A stretch of DNA of 62,218 nt from Verrucomicrobiota bacterium (lineage in GTDB: Bacteria; Verrucomicrobiota; Kiritimatiellia; RFP12; UBA1067), in NCBI GenBank assembly GCA_022704145.1, contig JAKJGY010000002.1, positions 1-62,218 of the forward strand. Reading direction: 5' to 3'. The translations under genes and the position numbers were made by a program. Of the stretch, positions 48,055 through 57,124 are shown piece after piece; position 1 is the stretch's first letter; each line of letters starts with the position of its first letter. The notes under the pieces were generated by a model. The model searched no databases. It worked only from the letters and a program-made list of their open reading frames with translations, and was not told the origin of the DNA.

Positions 48055-49452
48055 TCACCGTTGTGACGGCAGGTGAAGGCAACGGCCGAGCGCCTGGGCG
48101 GCGGATTCCATCAAAGTCTCGGAAAGGGTGGGGTGGGCGTGGATCAGGTCGGCCAGCTCCTCGGCCGTGACCTCCATGTTCCGCAGCGCGGCGGCCTCGT
48201 TGATCAGCTCGGAGGCGTGCGGCCCGATGATATGGACGCCCAGCAGCTCATGATGACGCGCGCCTGCGACCACCTTGACAAAACCCTCCGTGTGCCCCGC
48301 GCTGCGCGCGCGACCGTTGGCGGCGAAGGGGAAGCGCCCGACCGTGACCTCGCCCTCGGCGCGCGCCTGCGCTTCCGTGAGGCCGACCCAGGCGACCTCG
48401 GGCGCGCCGTAGATGCAGCCGGGCACCTGCCGCGCGTCGAACGCGGCGCGGCCTCCCAGAGCATGCCGCGCCGCTACCGCGCCCATCGCCGCGGCGGCGT
48501 GCGCCAGCATCGCGCGTCCGTTGGCGTCGCCGGGCGCGTACACCCCAGGCAGGCTGGCGCGCAGGGCGTCGTCGACCGCCACGAAGCCACGCCGCGTCTC
48601 GACCGGCAGCGCGCCGAAGGCCGCGAGGTCGGGCACGCGCCCGGTGGCGAGCAGCACGTGGCTGGCGGGCAGGTCGGAGGCGCCCTCGACGCTGACACGC
48701 AGCCCGGAGCCCGCGTCGCGGATGGCGCTGACACGTACGCCGGTACGGATGGCGATGCCACGCCGCGCGAGGCTCTGGCGCAGCGCCTCGGAAAGTTCGG
48801 CGTCAAGGAAGGGCGCGACGCGCTCCTCGGCCTCGAGCAGCGTGACCGCCGCGCCGTACGCGCGGAAGACCTGCGCCAACTCGATGCCGACGACGCCCGC
48901 GCCGATCACGACCAGCGAGGTCGGCAACTCGGTCAGGTCGAGAAGCGTGTCGGAGGTCAGCACGCGCGGATCATCCGAGCCGGGGATCGGCGGCACGGCC
49001 GGCCGCGAGCCGCAGGCGACGATCACGGCCTTGGCTGCGGCGAGGCGGCGCGCGCCGTCCACGACGGCCTCGCGCGGAGACCGCAGTGCGGCGTCGCCAC
49101 GGACGACCTCGACACCGCGGCTGGCGAGGAGCTGGCCGATGCCCGCAACCAGCGGCGCGACCACGGCGTTCTTGGCGGCGACCGCCTGCGGCAGGTCGAC
49201 GGTGAAGGAGGGGTCGGCGATACGGATGCCGCGCGACGCGGCCTGGCCGAGGGCCTCGATGATCTCGGCGTTGCGCAGGAAGGTCTTGGAAGGGATACAG
49301 CCGCGGTTGAGGCAGGTGCCGCCGAGCGGACCGCGCTCGACCAGCGTCACGCTCGCGCCGAGGCGCGCGGCCTCGAGCGCGGCGACGTAACCGGCCGGCC
49401 CCCCGCCGATGACGATGATGTCGGGGGGGATTTCAGATAGAGGTGCATTCAT
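48055..49452 (-). CDS. lpdA: Dihydrolipoamide dehydrogenase (E3)
   Basis: IGGGPAGY, GGTCLNRGCIPSK, IGAGVVGIE, HPTLSE. Confidence 0.93.
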   Translation of the reverse strand: MNAPLSEIPPDIIVIGGGPAGYVAALEAARLGASVTLVERGPLGGTCLNRGCIPSKTFLRNAEIIEALGQAASRGIRIADPSFTVDLPQAVAAKNAVVAPLVAGIGQLLASRGVEVVRGDAALRSPREAVVDGARRLAAAKAVIVACGSRPAVPPIPGSDDPRVLTSDTLLDLTELPTSLVVIGAGVVGIELAQVFRAYGAAVTLLEAEERVAPFLDAELSEALRQSLARRGIAIRTGVRVSAIRDAGSGLRVSVEGASDLPASHVLLATGRVPDLAAFGALPVETRRGFVAVDDALRASLPGVYAPGDANGRAMLAHAAAAMGAVAARHALGGRAAFDARQVPGCIYGAPEVAWVGLTEAQARAEGEVTVGRFPFAANGRARSAGHTEGFVKVVAGARHHELLGVHIIGPHASELINEAAALRNMEVTAEELADLIHAHPTLSETLMESAAQALGRCLHLPSQR

Positions 49453-49469
49453 AAACGGCTCCTGGTTTT

Positions 49470-49555
49470 ATCCGCGAATGGACGCGAATCAACGCGAAAG
49501 GTGATGGGTGCGCAGCGGCACGACGATTCGTGTGCATGGGCGTTCATTCGCGGAT
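49470..49555. repeat. 10-nt-period (CGCGAAT) tandem/inverted hairpin element
   Basis: ATCCGCGAATGGACGCGAATCAACGCGAA ... ATTCGTGTGCATGGGCGTTCATTCGCGGAT. Confidence 0.85.
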
Positions 49556-49567
49556 TCCTATCTGCCC

Positions 49568-50728
49568 TCAGCGGAGCGCGCGCTCCTCGGCGATGGTCTG
49601 CAGCAGAGCGGTGATATTCGCGAGGGGCACATCGGCCATGATCTCCTGCGAGGGGGCGATCATATAGCGTCCGCCGCGGCCGAGCGTGCGGATCACGCGG
49701 CGCGCCTCGGCGCGGACCTCGTCAGGCGTGCCGTAGGGTAGGAGCTGCTGCGTGTCGATGCCGCCCCAGAGCGAGAGGCGGTCGCCAAAGTCACGCTTGA
49801 GCGCGTCGAGATCCATACAGGGCTGAACAGGCTCGAGCATATCGAGCCCGACGTCGAGCAGGTCAGGGATGAAGGGCGTGATGTCGCCGCAGGAGTGCAT
49901 GATCATCGGCAGGCCGGCCTCCTTGAAGACCTTGAAGAGCCGGGCGATGCGCGGCAGAATCAGGCCGTGGAACTGGGCGGGCGAGACCAGCGTGCCGCTC
50001 TGGCAGCCGAGATCGTCGCCGTGGTGGCCGACCTTGAAACCCAGCTCGATCTTCTTGCGCGCCACGGTGAGCTTATAGTCGGTGATCTTGTCCATCAGGA
50101 TCGCGACCGACTCGGGGTCGGTCAGGGACTCGACCATGAACTCCTCGAAGCCCATCAGGCAGTAGGTGCGTTCATAGATGCCGAGGTAGCCCGAGGGCAC
50201 GACGAGCAGGTCGCCGGAGGCGTGGGCCGCGAGGTCGCGCCGCATGTCGTCGAAGTTGTCGGGTCGCAGCGGGTCGGGCGGCTGGTAGGCGCGCACGGCA
50301 TCGGCCACCGGCATATCGAGGAGCGCGCGGTCGAAGCGGTCGGGCAGGAACGGCTCGGCGCGCTCGTTGGCGGCGCGGTCGCCCTGCAGCGGGTGGTAGC
50401 AGGCGAAGAAGCCGTCCTCGCCGATCTTGATGCCCATGCCCCAACTGTCGTAGACCACGCCGTTGGCGCGGTCGACCTTGACGTAGCCCTTGGCCTCCAG
50501 CTCCGCCATCTTGGCGGCGTCGTTGCGGTAGAAGAGCGGCGTGTCGCAGAGGGTGAGGGAGAAGCAGATGTGGTTGTCGAGGAAGCCGTCCAGCTCGGCA
50601 GCGCCCGCGAGGCCCAGCGCGCGGGCGAGGGCCTCGTCCTTGGTGCGGTCGGCGATCGTGATCTGGCTGGGGAGGTAGTCGACAGGCCGGCCGGTGATGA
50701 CGTTGAGGGCGCGTTCTTCGCGGGTCAT
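49568..50728 (-). CDS. UroD/MtaA-fold (uroporphyrinogen decarboxylase family) protein, copy 1
   Basis: GDDLGCQSGTLVSP, MHSCGD, EPVQP, WGGIDTQ..L..GTPDEV. Confidence 0.85.
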   Translation of the reverse strand: MTREERALNVITGRPVDYLPSQITIADRTKDEALARALGLAGAAELDGFLDNHICFSLTLCDTPLFYRNDAAKMAELEAKGYVKVDRANGVVYDSWGMGIKIGEDGFFACYHPLQGDRAANERAEPFLPDRFDRALLDMPVADAVRAYQPPDPLRPDNFDDMRRDLAAHASGDLLVVPSGYLGIYERTYCLMGFEEFMVESLTDPESVAILMDKITDYKLTVARKKIELGFKVGHHGDDLGCQSGTLVSPAQFHGLILPRIARLFKVFKEAGLPMIMHSCGDITPFIPDLLDVGLDMLEPVQPCMDLDALKRDFGDRLSLWGGIDTQQLLPYGTPDEVRAEARRVIRTLGRGGRYMIAPSQEIMADVPLANITALLQTIAEERALR

Positions 50729-52035
50729 GGGGACCTCCAGTTTTCGAGGCTCTTTTTGACGCGGTTGAGGAAGGCGGCGCCGAGGGCGCCGTCGATGACG
50801 CGGTGGTCGTGGGTGAGGCAGAGAGGCAGGGACGTGCGCCAGACGGTGCGGCCGCCGCGCCGCACGGGGCGCTCCTCCGCCGCGCAGACGCCTAGGATGG
50901 CGGTCTGCGGCGGGTTGATGATGGGGGTGAAGTGCGCGATGCCGAGCATGCCGAGATTGGTGACCGTGAAGGTGCCGCCGAGGTAGGCGTCAGGCGGGAG
51001 TTTGCCGGCGCGCGCCTGGGCGACCGTGTCGCGCGCGAGGTCGGAGAGTGCATCGAGCGTCAGCCGCTGCGCGCCGCGCAGGACCGGCACCACGAGGCCG
51101 TTGTCGACCGCGACCGCCACGCCGAGGTTGACGTCCGGCCAACAGAGGATCTCACCCTGCTCGAAGGTGGCGTTAAGAAAGGGGAACTCGGCGAGGGCCG
51201 CTGCGACGGCATAGAGCACGGCGTCGTTGACGGAGGGGACGCTGCCGCCCGCGCGCTTGCGGCGCTCGCGCCAGGCGAAGAGGTCGGTGACGTCGGCGGA
51301 GAGCGCGAGGGTGGCGTCGGGGATCTCGCGGCGGCTTAGCGCCATACGCTCGGCGATGAGGCGGCGCATGCCGGAAAGCGGCACGCGGCGTGGCCGGCCG
51401 GCCACGGCACGCGTGATGTCGGCGGCGGTGACCTTGCCGCCGCAGCCGGAGCCGTCGAGCGCGAGCGGGTCGAGGCCGGCCTCGGCGGCGAGGGCGCGCG
51501 CCAGCGGGGTGACGCGGCGCGCAGCCAGCGGCGCGACGTCGCGCAGGCGCAGGGCGCCGTCGGGGTGGGAGGGCGTGACGCGGGCGAGGTCGAGACCGCG
51601 CTCGCGCGCCAGTCGGCGGGCCGCGGGCGTGGCGGGCACGCGTCCGTCGGGGGCGCGCGCGGGAGCAGGCGAGGACGATAACGAGGACGAAGGACGAGTG
51701 GCTGCTTGATCGTCCTCGTCCGCGTTCTCGTCCTCGATTCTGACGGCCGGCGAGGGTGAGGACGAAGGACGAGTGGTTACGGCCGGGGGCGTCTCGCCGG
51801 GCTGGCCGAGCCAGGCCACGGTCTCGGTGACCGGCACGGTGGCGCCTTCTGGGTGGAGGGCGGCGAGCAGGGTGCCGGAGGCCTCGGCCTCGACCTCCAT
51901 GGTGACCTTGTCGGTCTCGATCTCGAGCAGCGGCTCGCCGACGGCCACGGTATCGCCGGGGCGTTTGAGCCAGCGTCGGATGACGCCGGTCTCCATGGCC
52001 ATTCCGGCCTTCGGCATGATGACGGGTGTCGGCAT
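50725..52035 (-). CDS. Dihydrolipoamide acyltransferase (E2), single lipoyl domain
   Basis: EIETDKVTME, ATPAARRLA (two PSBD-like units), GGTFTVTNLG, PIINPPQ, DHRVIDG. Confidence 0.92.
   Translation of the reverse strand: MPTPVIMPKAGMAMETGVIRRWLKRPGDTVAVGEPLLEIETDKVTMEVEAEASGTLLAALHPEGATVPVTETVAWLGQPGETPPAVTTRPSSSPSPAVRIEDENADEDDQAATRPSSSLSSSPAPARAPDGRVPATPAARRLARERGLDLARVTPSHPDGALRLRDVAPLAARRVTPLARALAAEAGLDPLALDGSGCGGKVTAADITRAVAGRPRRVPLSGMRRLIAERMALSRREIPDATLALSADVTDLFAWRERRKRAGGSVPSVNDAVLYAVAAALAEFPFLNATFEQGEILCWPDVNLGVAVAVDNGLVVPVLRGAQRLTLDALSDLARDTVAQARAGKLPPDAYLGGTFTVTNLGMLGIAHFTPIINPPQTAILGVCAAEERPVRRGGRTVWRTSLPLCLTHDHRVIDGALGAAFLNRVKKSLENWRSP
51670..51776. repeat. GAGGAC-period tandem/inverted repeat element in-frame within the E2 linker
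   Basis: Arms 51670-51698, 51710-51736 (inverted) and 51751-51776; 19-bp direct repeat GAGGACGAAGGACGAGTGG at 51683 and 51758. Confidence 0.85.
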
Positions 52036-52042
52036 GGTGCGT

Positions 52043-53023
52043 TTAGCGTAACAGGTCGCGCAGGGCCGCGGCAATCGAATCTGTCGTGGGGACGACGCTG
52101 GCTTCGAGGGTCGGGTTGTAGGGGATGGGCGTGTCCGCGCCGCAGAGGCGGCGAACAGGCGCGTCGAGATAGAAGAAGGCGTCGGAACCGGCGACCACAG
52201 CGGCGAGTTCGCCGCCGAAACCGCCGGTCTGGCAGGCCTCGTGGACGATCAGTACGCGGCCGGTCTTGCGGGCGGAGGCGATCACGGCCTCGCGGTCGAG
52301 CGGCACGAGGGTGCGCAGGTCGAGCACCTCGGCCTCGGCGCCGTCTTCGGCGGCGAGGCGCTCGGCGGCCTCCAGGCAGCGGGCGACCATGCGGCCGTAG
52401 GTCAGGACTGTGAGGTGGCGGCCGTCGCGGCGGCAGGCGGCCTGGCCGAGCGGCACGGTGTAGTCGGCCTCGGGCACTTCGCCCTTGGTACGGTAGAGGA
52501 GCTTCTGTTCGAGGAAGACCACAGGGTTATCGTCGCGGATGGCGGCCTTGAGCAGCCCTTTGGCGTCATGCGGGGTGGAGGGCGCGACGACCTTAAGGCC
52601 GGGCACGTTGCAGATCCAGGCCTCGGGGCTCTGCGAGTGCTGGCCGGCGGCGCCGGTGCCGGAGCCGGCGGGCGCGCGCACGACGAGGGGCATGGCGGTC
52701 TGGCCGCCGAACATGTAGCGGGTCTTGGCGGCCTGGTTGCAGAGGCCGTCGAAGCAGCAGGAGACGAAGTCCGAGAACATGATCTCGACCACCGGGCGCA
52801 GGCCGGTCATGGCGGCGCCGACCGCAGCGCCCATGATGGCGGCCTCGGAGATCGGGGTGTCGCGGATGCGTTCGGGGCCGAACTCGGCGAGCAGGCCGGC
52901 GGAGACGCCGAAGGCGCCGCCGTAAGCCGCGACGTCCTCGCCCATGAAGAAGACGGCGGGGTCGCGGCGCAGCTCTTCGGCGAGCGCCTCGCGGATGGCT
53001 TGAGCGTAGGTGATTTCGCGCAT
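52043..53023 (-). CDS. TPP-dependent dehydrogenase E1 beta subunit (AcoB/PdhB-like)
   Basis: [38 protein letters not shown]-like [10 protein letters not shown]. Confidence 0.92.
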   Translation of the reverse strand: MREITYAQAIREALAEELRRDPAVFFMGEDVAAYGGAFGVSAGLLAEFGPERIRDTPISEAAIMGAAVGAAMTGLRPVVEIMFSDFVSCCFDGLCNQAAKTRYMFGGQTAMPLVVRAPAGSGTGAAGQHSQSPEAWICNVPGLKVVAPSTPHDAKGLLKAAIRDDNPVVFLEQKLLYRTKGEVPEADYTVPLGQAACRRDGRHLTVLTYGRMVARCLEAAERLAAEDGAEAEVLDLRTLVPLDREAVIASARKTGRVLIVHEACQTGGFGGELAAVVAGSDAFFYLDAPVRRLCGADTPIPYNPTLEASVVPTTDSIAAALRDLLR

Positions 53024-53030
53024 AGAAAGA

Positions 53031-53145
53031 TGTGGAATGATGGAGTGCTGGAAGGATGGATGGTTGGATCAGGTTCTGCAGAGAGGTTTAGGAATGATAG
53101 ACGGTGTCTTCCCATCTTTCCAATAATCCATCATTCCATTATTCC
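53031..53145. repeat. 8-nt-period GGAATnnT hairpin element, copy B
   Basis: TGTGGAATGATGGAGTGCTGGAAGGATGG ... TTTCCAATAATCCATCATTCCATTATTCC. Confidence 0.8.
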
Positions 53146-53150
53146 TTTCT

Positions 53151-54146
53151 TCAGGCGTAAACGTCGGTGAAGGCGGCGGCGGGTTCGGGGTCGGGGCTGG
53201 CCTCGGCGAAGGCGAGCGCGTCGTCGATGTCATGCCGGGCGCGGGCGGAGAGGGCGTCCAGCTCCTGCTCGGAGGCGAGGCCGCGCTCGAGCAGCCAGGC
53301 ACGCAGGCGCTTGATCGGGCAGCGGGCTTTCCACTGCTCGATCACGGCCTTGTCGCGGTAGGCGTTGTTGTCGCTCTTGGAGTGGCCCATGATGCGGTAG
53401 GTGTTGGCCACGAGCAGGCAGGGCCCCTGGGTGCGGGCGATCTCCCGCGCGCGGCGGGCGGCCTGCCAGACCGCGACGGCGTCGTTGCCGTCCGCGGACC
53501 AGCCGGGGATGCCGTAGGCGGCAGCGCGCACGGAAAGGTCGGGGACGTTGACATGGTCGCCGACGTGCATCGACATACCGTACTGGTTGTTGACGCAGAG
53601 GAAGACCACCGGGAGCTTCCAGATGGAGGCTAGGTTGAGAGCCTCGTGGAAGGTGCCCTCGTTGGAGGCGCCGTCGCCGAAAAAGCAGATCACCACGCGG
53701 TCAAGCTTCTGGAGCCGGGTGGAGAGGGCCGCGCCGACGGCGATGGGGAGCTGCGCGCCGACGATGCCGTTGGCGCCGAGGTTGCCGGCCGAGAGGTCGG
53801 CGATGTGCATACAGCCGCCCTTACCCTTGCAGACGCCGGTGGCCTTGCCGAGGAACTCGGCCATCATGCGGCGGATCTCCATGCCCTTGCCGATGCTCTG
53901 GCCGTGGCCGCGGTGCGTGGCGTAGATCAGATCCTGCGGTTCGAGCGCGGCCGTGACGCCGATGCCGGCTGCCTCCTCGCCGATGCAGAAGTGGGCGGTG
54001 CCGTGAACCTTGCCCTGCGTGAAGAGGCGCGCGGCGGTCTCCTCGAAGCAGCGCGTCTGCGACATCTGGAGGAACATGCGCAGCAGCGTGTCGCGCGGGG
54101 GCAGCGGCGCGTCAGTTGTGGTCGTGTGGGGTGGTTGGGTGGACAT
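53151..54146 (-). CDS. TPP-dependent dehydrogenase E1 alpha subunit (AcoA/PdhA-like)
   Basis: HFCIGEEA, THRGHG, GKGGCMH, GDGASNEG..NN TPP motif, YRIMGHS. Confidence 0.92.
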   Translation of the reverse strand: MSTQPPHTTTTDAPLPPRDTLLRMFLQMSQTRCFEETAARLFTQGKVHGTAHFCIGEEAAGIGVTAALEPQDLIYATHRGHGQSIGKGMEIRRMMAEFLGKATGVCKGKGGCMHIADLSAGNLGANGIVGAQLPIAVGAALSTRLQKLDRVVICFFGDGASNEGTFHEALNLASIWKLPVVFLCVNNQYGMSMHVGDHVNVPDLSVRAAAYGIPGWSADGNDAVAVWQAARRAREIARTQGPCLLVANTYRIMGHSKSDNNAYRDKAVIEQWKARCPIKRLRAWLLERGLASEQELDALSARARHDIDDALAFAEASPDPEPAAAFTDVYA

Positions 54147-54211
54147 GGAAGGGTGGAGAGGTGGAATGGTGGAAGGTTGGAATGATGGAATGGTGGAAGA
54201 ATGGGGGGGGG
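54147..54211. repeat. 8-nt-period GGAAnnnT element, copy C (single arm, 7 units, plus G9 run)
   Basis: GGAAGGGT GGAGAGGT GGAATGGT GGAAGGTT GGAATGAT GGAATGGT GGAAGAAT GGGGGGGGG. Confidence 0.85.
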
Positions 54212-54217
54212 ATGGAG

Positions 54218-55333
54218 TTAGCGGTAGGTGCGGGCGACCTCATAGACGGCGTAGAAGTTCGCGAGCGGGATGTCCTGCATGAAGTGGTTGGAGGGGGCGA
54301 AGACGTAGCCGCCGTCAGCGGCCAGGGCGTCGAGGCAGCGGCGCGCCTCCTCGGCCGCCTGGGCCGGGGTGCCGCTGAGCGCGCCCTGCATGTCGAGCCC
54401 GCCGTGCAGCACGAGGTCGCGGCCGAAGTCGCGCTTGAGCGCGGTGTGGTCCATGCCGGCGGCGCGCGGCTGGAGGGAGTTGAGGACGTCGACGCCCATG
54501 TCGATGAAGTCCGGGATCAGGTCGCGCACCGCGCCGCAGGAGTGCAGCCAGATCTTAGCGTGCGGGGCGACCTTGCGAATCTCGGCGAAGAGGCGGGCGT
54601 AGGGTCGCTTAAAGAACTCGCGGTAGATCTCGGGGCTGACGAGCAGGCGGTCCTGCATGCCGTGGTCGCTGGAGAACTCGACCCAGCCGACATAGGGCGC
54701 GATAGGCGCGAGCGCGGTACGGTGTAGCTCGATGAGCACGTCCGTGATCTTCTCGATCAGGGCATGGGCAAACTCGGGATTGATATAGAGATCCGTAAAG
54801 AAGTCCTCGAAGCCGCGCAGGTAGGGGCCGATGTCGAGCATCAGGCCGGAAACGAGCGAGGAGGTGGCGACGTAGCAGTCGCCGTGCTCGTGCCAGCGCC
54901 GCGCCTGTTCGACCACGCCCGCGAGACGTCCTGGGTCGCGCGGGTCGGGCCAGACGTGGCGCTCGAGGGCGGCGATATCCGGTTCAGGGAAGGGCACGCG
55001 TGCGACGGCGGGCTCTCCGGCGACCTTGGCGAACCCGACGCCCCACTCGTTGGTCTCGATGCCGTCGGGATCGAGGCGCGGGGCGAAGTGGCGAGGCTTG
55101 CCGAAGACCAGGTGGCGGATGTCGGCGCCGATGAGTTCGGCCACGCGCGAATCGACATAGTCGCCCGAGCGGCTGGCGCTGACGCGCGGGCCGAGGTCAG
55201 TCCAGCCCTGGTCGTCGGCGAGGTCGAAGTAGAGGCGGTTGCAGAGGCGGCTGGCCGAGCCCCAGACGTCGATGGGCACGCGGTCGGGCGCGCGATGGGC
55301 GAGGGCGGTCTGGACCCGTTCGCGCGAGGTCAT
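54218..55333 (-). CDS. UroD/MtaA-fold protein, copy 2
   Basis: RERVQTALAH..PDRVP, NEWG, SDHGMQDRLLVSP, WLHSCGA, HGGLDMQ, FAPSNHF. Confidence 0.85.
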   Translation of the reverse strand: MTSRERVQTALAHRAPDRVPIDVWGSASRLCNRLYFDLADDQGWTDLGPRVSASRSGDYVDSRVAELIGADIRHLVFGKPRHFAPRLDPDGIETNEWGVGFAKVAGEPAVARVPFPEPDIAALERHVWPDPRDPGRLAGVVEQARRWHEHGDCYVATSSLVSGLMLDIGPYLRGFEDFFTDLYINPEFAHALIEKITDVLIELHRTALAPIAPYVGWVEFSSDHGMQDRLLVSPEIYREFFKRPYARLFAEIRKVAPHAKIWLHSCGAVRDLIPDFIDMGVDVLNSLQPRAAGMDHTALKRDFGRDLVLHGGLDMQGALSGTPAQAAEEARRCLDALAADGGYVFAPSNHFMQDIPLANFYAVYEVARTYR

Positions 55334-56904
55334 ACGGGGTCTCCTTTGCGGACGGAGACCGCCTGCTGGAACTCCGCGAAGTGCGCGTAGAAGCCGCTGT
55401 CGGTCAGGGCGGTGTAGAGCGACTGGTAGAGGTCGTAGAGGCGCGTGTAGAGGGCGTGACGTTCCGGGTCGGGGCGGTAGGTGTCGCGGATCTGGACCAG
55501 GCTGGCGACGCCTGCTGCGGGATCCGAATAGAGCCCGACGCCGACGCCCGCGAGGATCGCCGCGCCGGTCACGGCTGCGTCGGTGGTGCGCAGGGTGCAG
55601 ACGGTGTGGCCGTAGATGTCGGACTGAATCTGGTTCCAGACGGCGGATTTGGTGGGGCCGCCGAGCAGGTGCACGGTCTCAAAAGGCACACCGGCGCGCG
55701 TGAGGGCCTGCATCATGTCGTAGACCTCAAGCGTGATCCCTTCGACAAAGGCGCGGGTGAGGCAGTCGCGGTTGTGCGCGAAGGTCATGCCGACGAGGGT
55801 GCCGCGGGCCGCGGTGTTCCAGCGCGGGGTGGCGGCGCTGGCGAAGTAGGGCAGCAGCAGCAGGCCGTTGGCGCCGGCTGGCGCGCGGGCGATGCGCTCG
55901 CTGAGCAGATCGTAAGTGTCATGGCCGGCGCTGCGGGCGAAGGCGGATTCGAGGGAGGCGATCTCGTCGCGGAACCATCGCAGCACGCTGGCCGCGCCCG
56001 CCTGGTAGCCTTCGACCAGCCAGTGGCCGGGCGCGACGTGGTTGGTGACCATAGTCTTGCGGGCCGGATCGTGGAAGGGCTCGCGCACGCAGACGCAGAC
56101 CGCGCCTCCGGTGCCGAGCGAGACGGAGAGCAGTCCGGGTGCGATGACGCCCGCGCCGAGGGCGGCGACGTTCTGGTCGCCGCCGCCGACGCAGAGCGGG
56201 GTGCCTGCGAGGAGTCCGGTCTTGGCTGCCGCGTCCGCGCTCACGGCGCCGGCGCGGCTGCCGGAGGGGAGCGGCTCGGAGAGGCGGGAGGGGGTGAGGC
56301 CGGCGAGGCGCAGCAGGCGCTCGTCCCAGCGCAGGCGGCTGGTGTCCCAGCAGCCGAAGAAGGCGGCGTCGCAGTGGTCGCTCACGTAGCTGTCCGCGCC
56401 CCAGCCGTGCAACAGGTAGTCCTGGAGCTGGACCACCTTGGCGGTTCGCGCCCAGGCTTCGGGCTCGTGACGCTGGAGCCAGAGGATCTTACCCAGCATC
56501 CAGGTGGTGCTCAGCGGCAGGCGCACGACATCGTAGAATTCATCATCGGGAACCTCGGCGCGGACTTTCTCGACCTCCTCGGTCGGTCGGTTGTCCTGCC
56601 AGGAGATCATGGGGCGCACGAGATCGCCGGCGCTGTCGAGGAAAAGGGTGCAGCAGCGCTGGCTGGAGAAGGCTACGCCTGCCACTTGACACGGGTCAAT
56701 GGCGGCCTTTGCGAGCGCCTCGGCGGCGGTGGCGTAGGTCTGTGCCAGCAGGTGGCGGACGTCCTGCTCGACCCAGCCGGGCCGCGGGTAGACGCAGCCG
56801 TACTCACGGTAGGCTTGGGCTATGGCTGTGCCGTCGGCGCGCAGCAGCGCGGCCTTGGTGCCGGTGGTGCCTACGTCGATACCCAGCAGGTAGGTCTGTT
56901 CCAT
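55330..56904 (-). CDS. FGGY-family carbohydrate kinase (xylulokinase-like)
   Basis: LGIDVGTTGTKA, ISWQDNR, GGGDQ, SLGTGG, LPYF, FVEGI, GGPTKSAVWNQI. Confidence 0.92.
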   Translation of the reverse strand: MEQTYLLGIDVGTTGTKAALLRADGTAIAQAYREYGCVYPRPGWVEQDVRHLLAQTYATAAEALAKAAIDPCQVAGVAFSSQRCCTLFLDSAGDLVRPMISWQDNRPTEEVEKVRAEVPDDEFYDVVRLPLSTTWMLGKILWLQRHEPEAWARTAKVVQLQDYLLHGWGADSYVSDHCDAAFFGCWDTSRLRWDERLLRLAGLTPSRLSEPLPSGSRAGAVSADAAAKTGLLAGTPLCVGGGDQNVAALGAGVIAPGLLSVSLGTGGAVCVCVREPFHDPARKTMVTNHVAPGHWLVEGYQAGAASVLRWFRDEIASLESAFARSAGHDTYDLLSERIARAPAGANGLLLLPYFASAATPRWNTAARGTLVGMTFAHNRDCLTRAFVEGITLEVYDMMQALTRAGVPFETVHLLGGPTKSAVWNQIQSDIYGHTVCTLRTTDAAVTGAAILAGVGVGLYSDPAAGVASLVQIRDTYRPDPERHALYTRLYDLYQSLYTALTDSGFYAHFAEFQQAVSVRKGDPV

Positions 56905-56953
56905 GTGCCTTCATCCCCCGCGCCCGTTCGGGCCGTTCCATCTGCATAACAGC

Positions 56954-56990
56954 GTGCCGTCATTGGAACATAGCGTGTGCGTGGTGTCAA
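56954..56990 (-). promoter_or_regulatory. Kinase-operon promoter with IclR-like operator over -10
   Basis: TTGACA (56990-56985)-N17-TCCAAT; site GTGCCGTCATTGGAACA at 56954-56970. Confidence 0.65.
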
Positions 56991-57024
56991 GTCTGCACGC
57001 GAGTGAACCATGAAGTTACTGCGA

Positions 57025-57080
57025 TTGACAGACGACACGCGTTGTGTTCTAATGGCGGTACGTTGGTTCACATTAAGAAC
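57025..57080 (+). promoter_or_regulatory. iclR promoter with operator over -10 and a second downstream site
   Basis: TTGACA (57025-57030)-N17-TCTAAT; site TGTTCTAATGGCGGTAC at 57045-57061; GGTTCACATTAAGAAC at 57065-57080. Confidence 0.65.
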
Positions 57081-57124
57081 GGTGATGGGATTCTCGTGAC
57101 AGGCGGGTACGGGAGGGTGCAAGA

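Noticed and set aside
49568-50728. Calling the UroD-fold genes hemE
   Set aside because: They lack the HemE RQAGR motif, occur in two divergent copies and sit in a sugar operon.
52043-54146. Assigning pdhA/pdhB or acoA/acoB symbols
   Set aside because: The family is clear, but substrate specificity cannot be read from the motifs and the context argues against housekeeping PDH.
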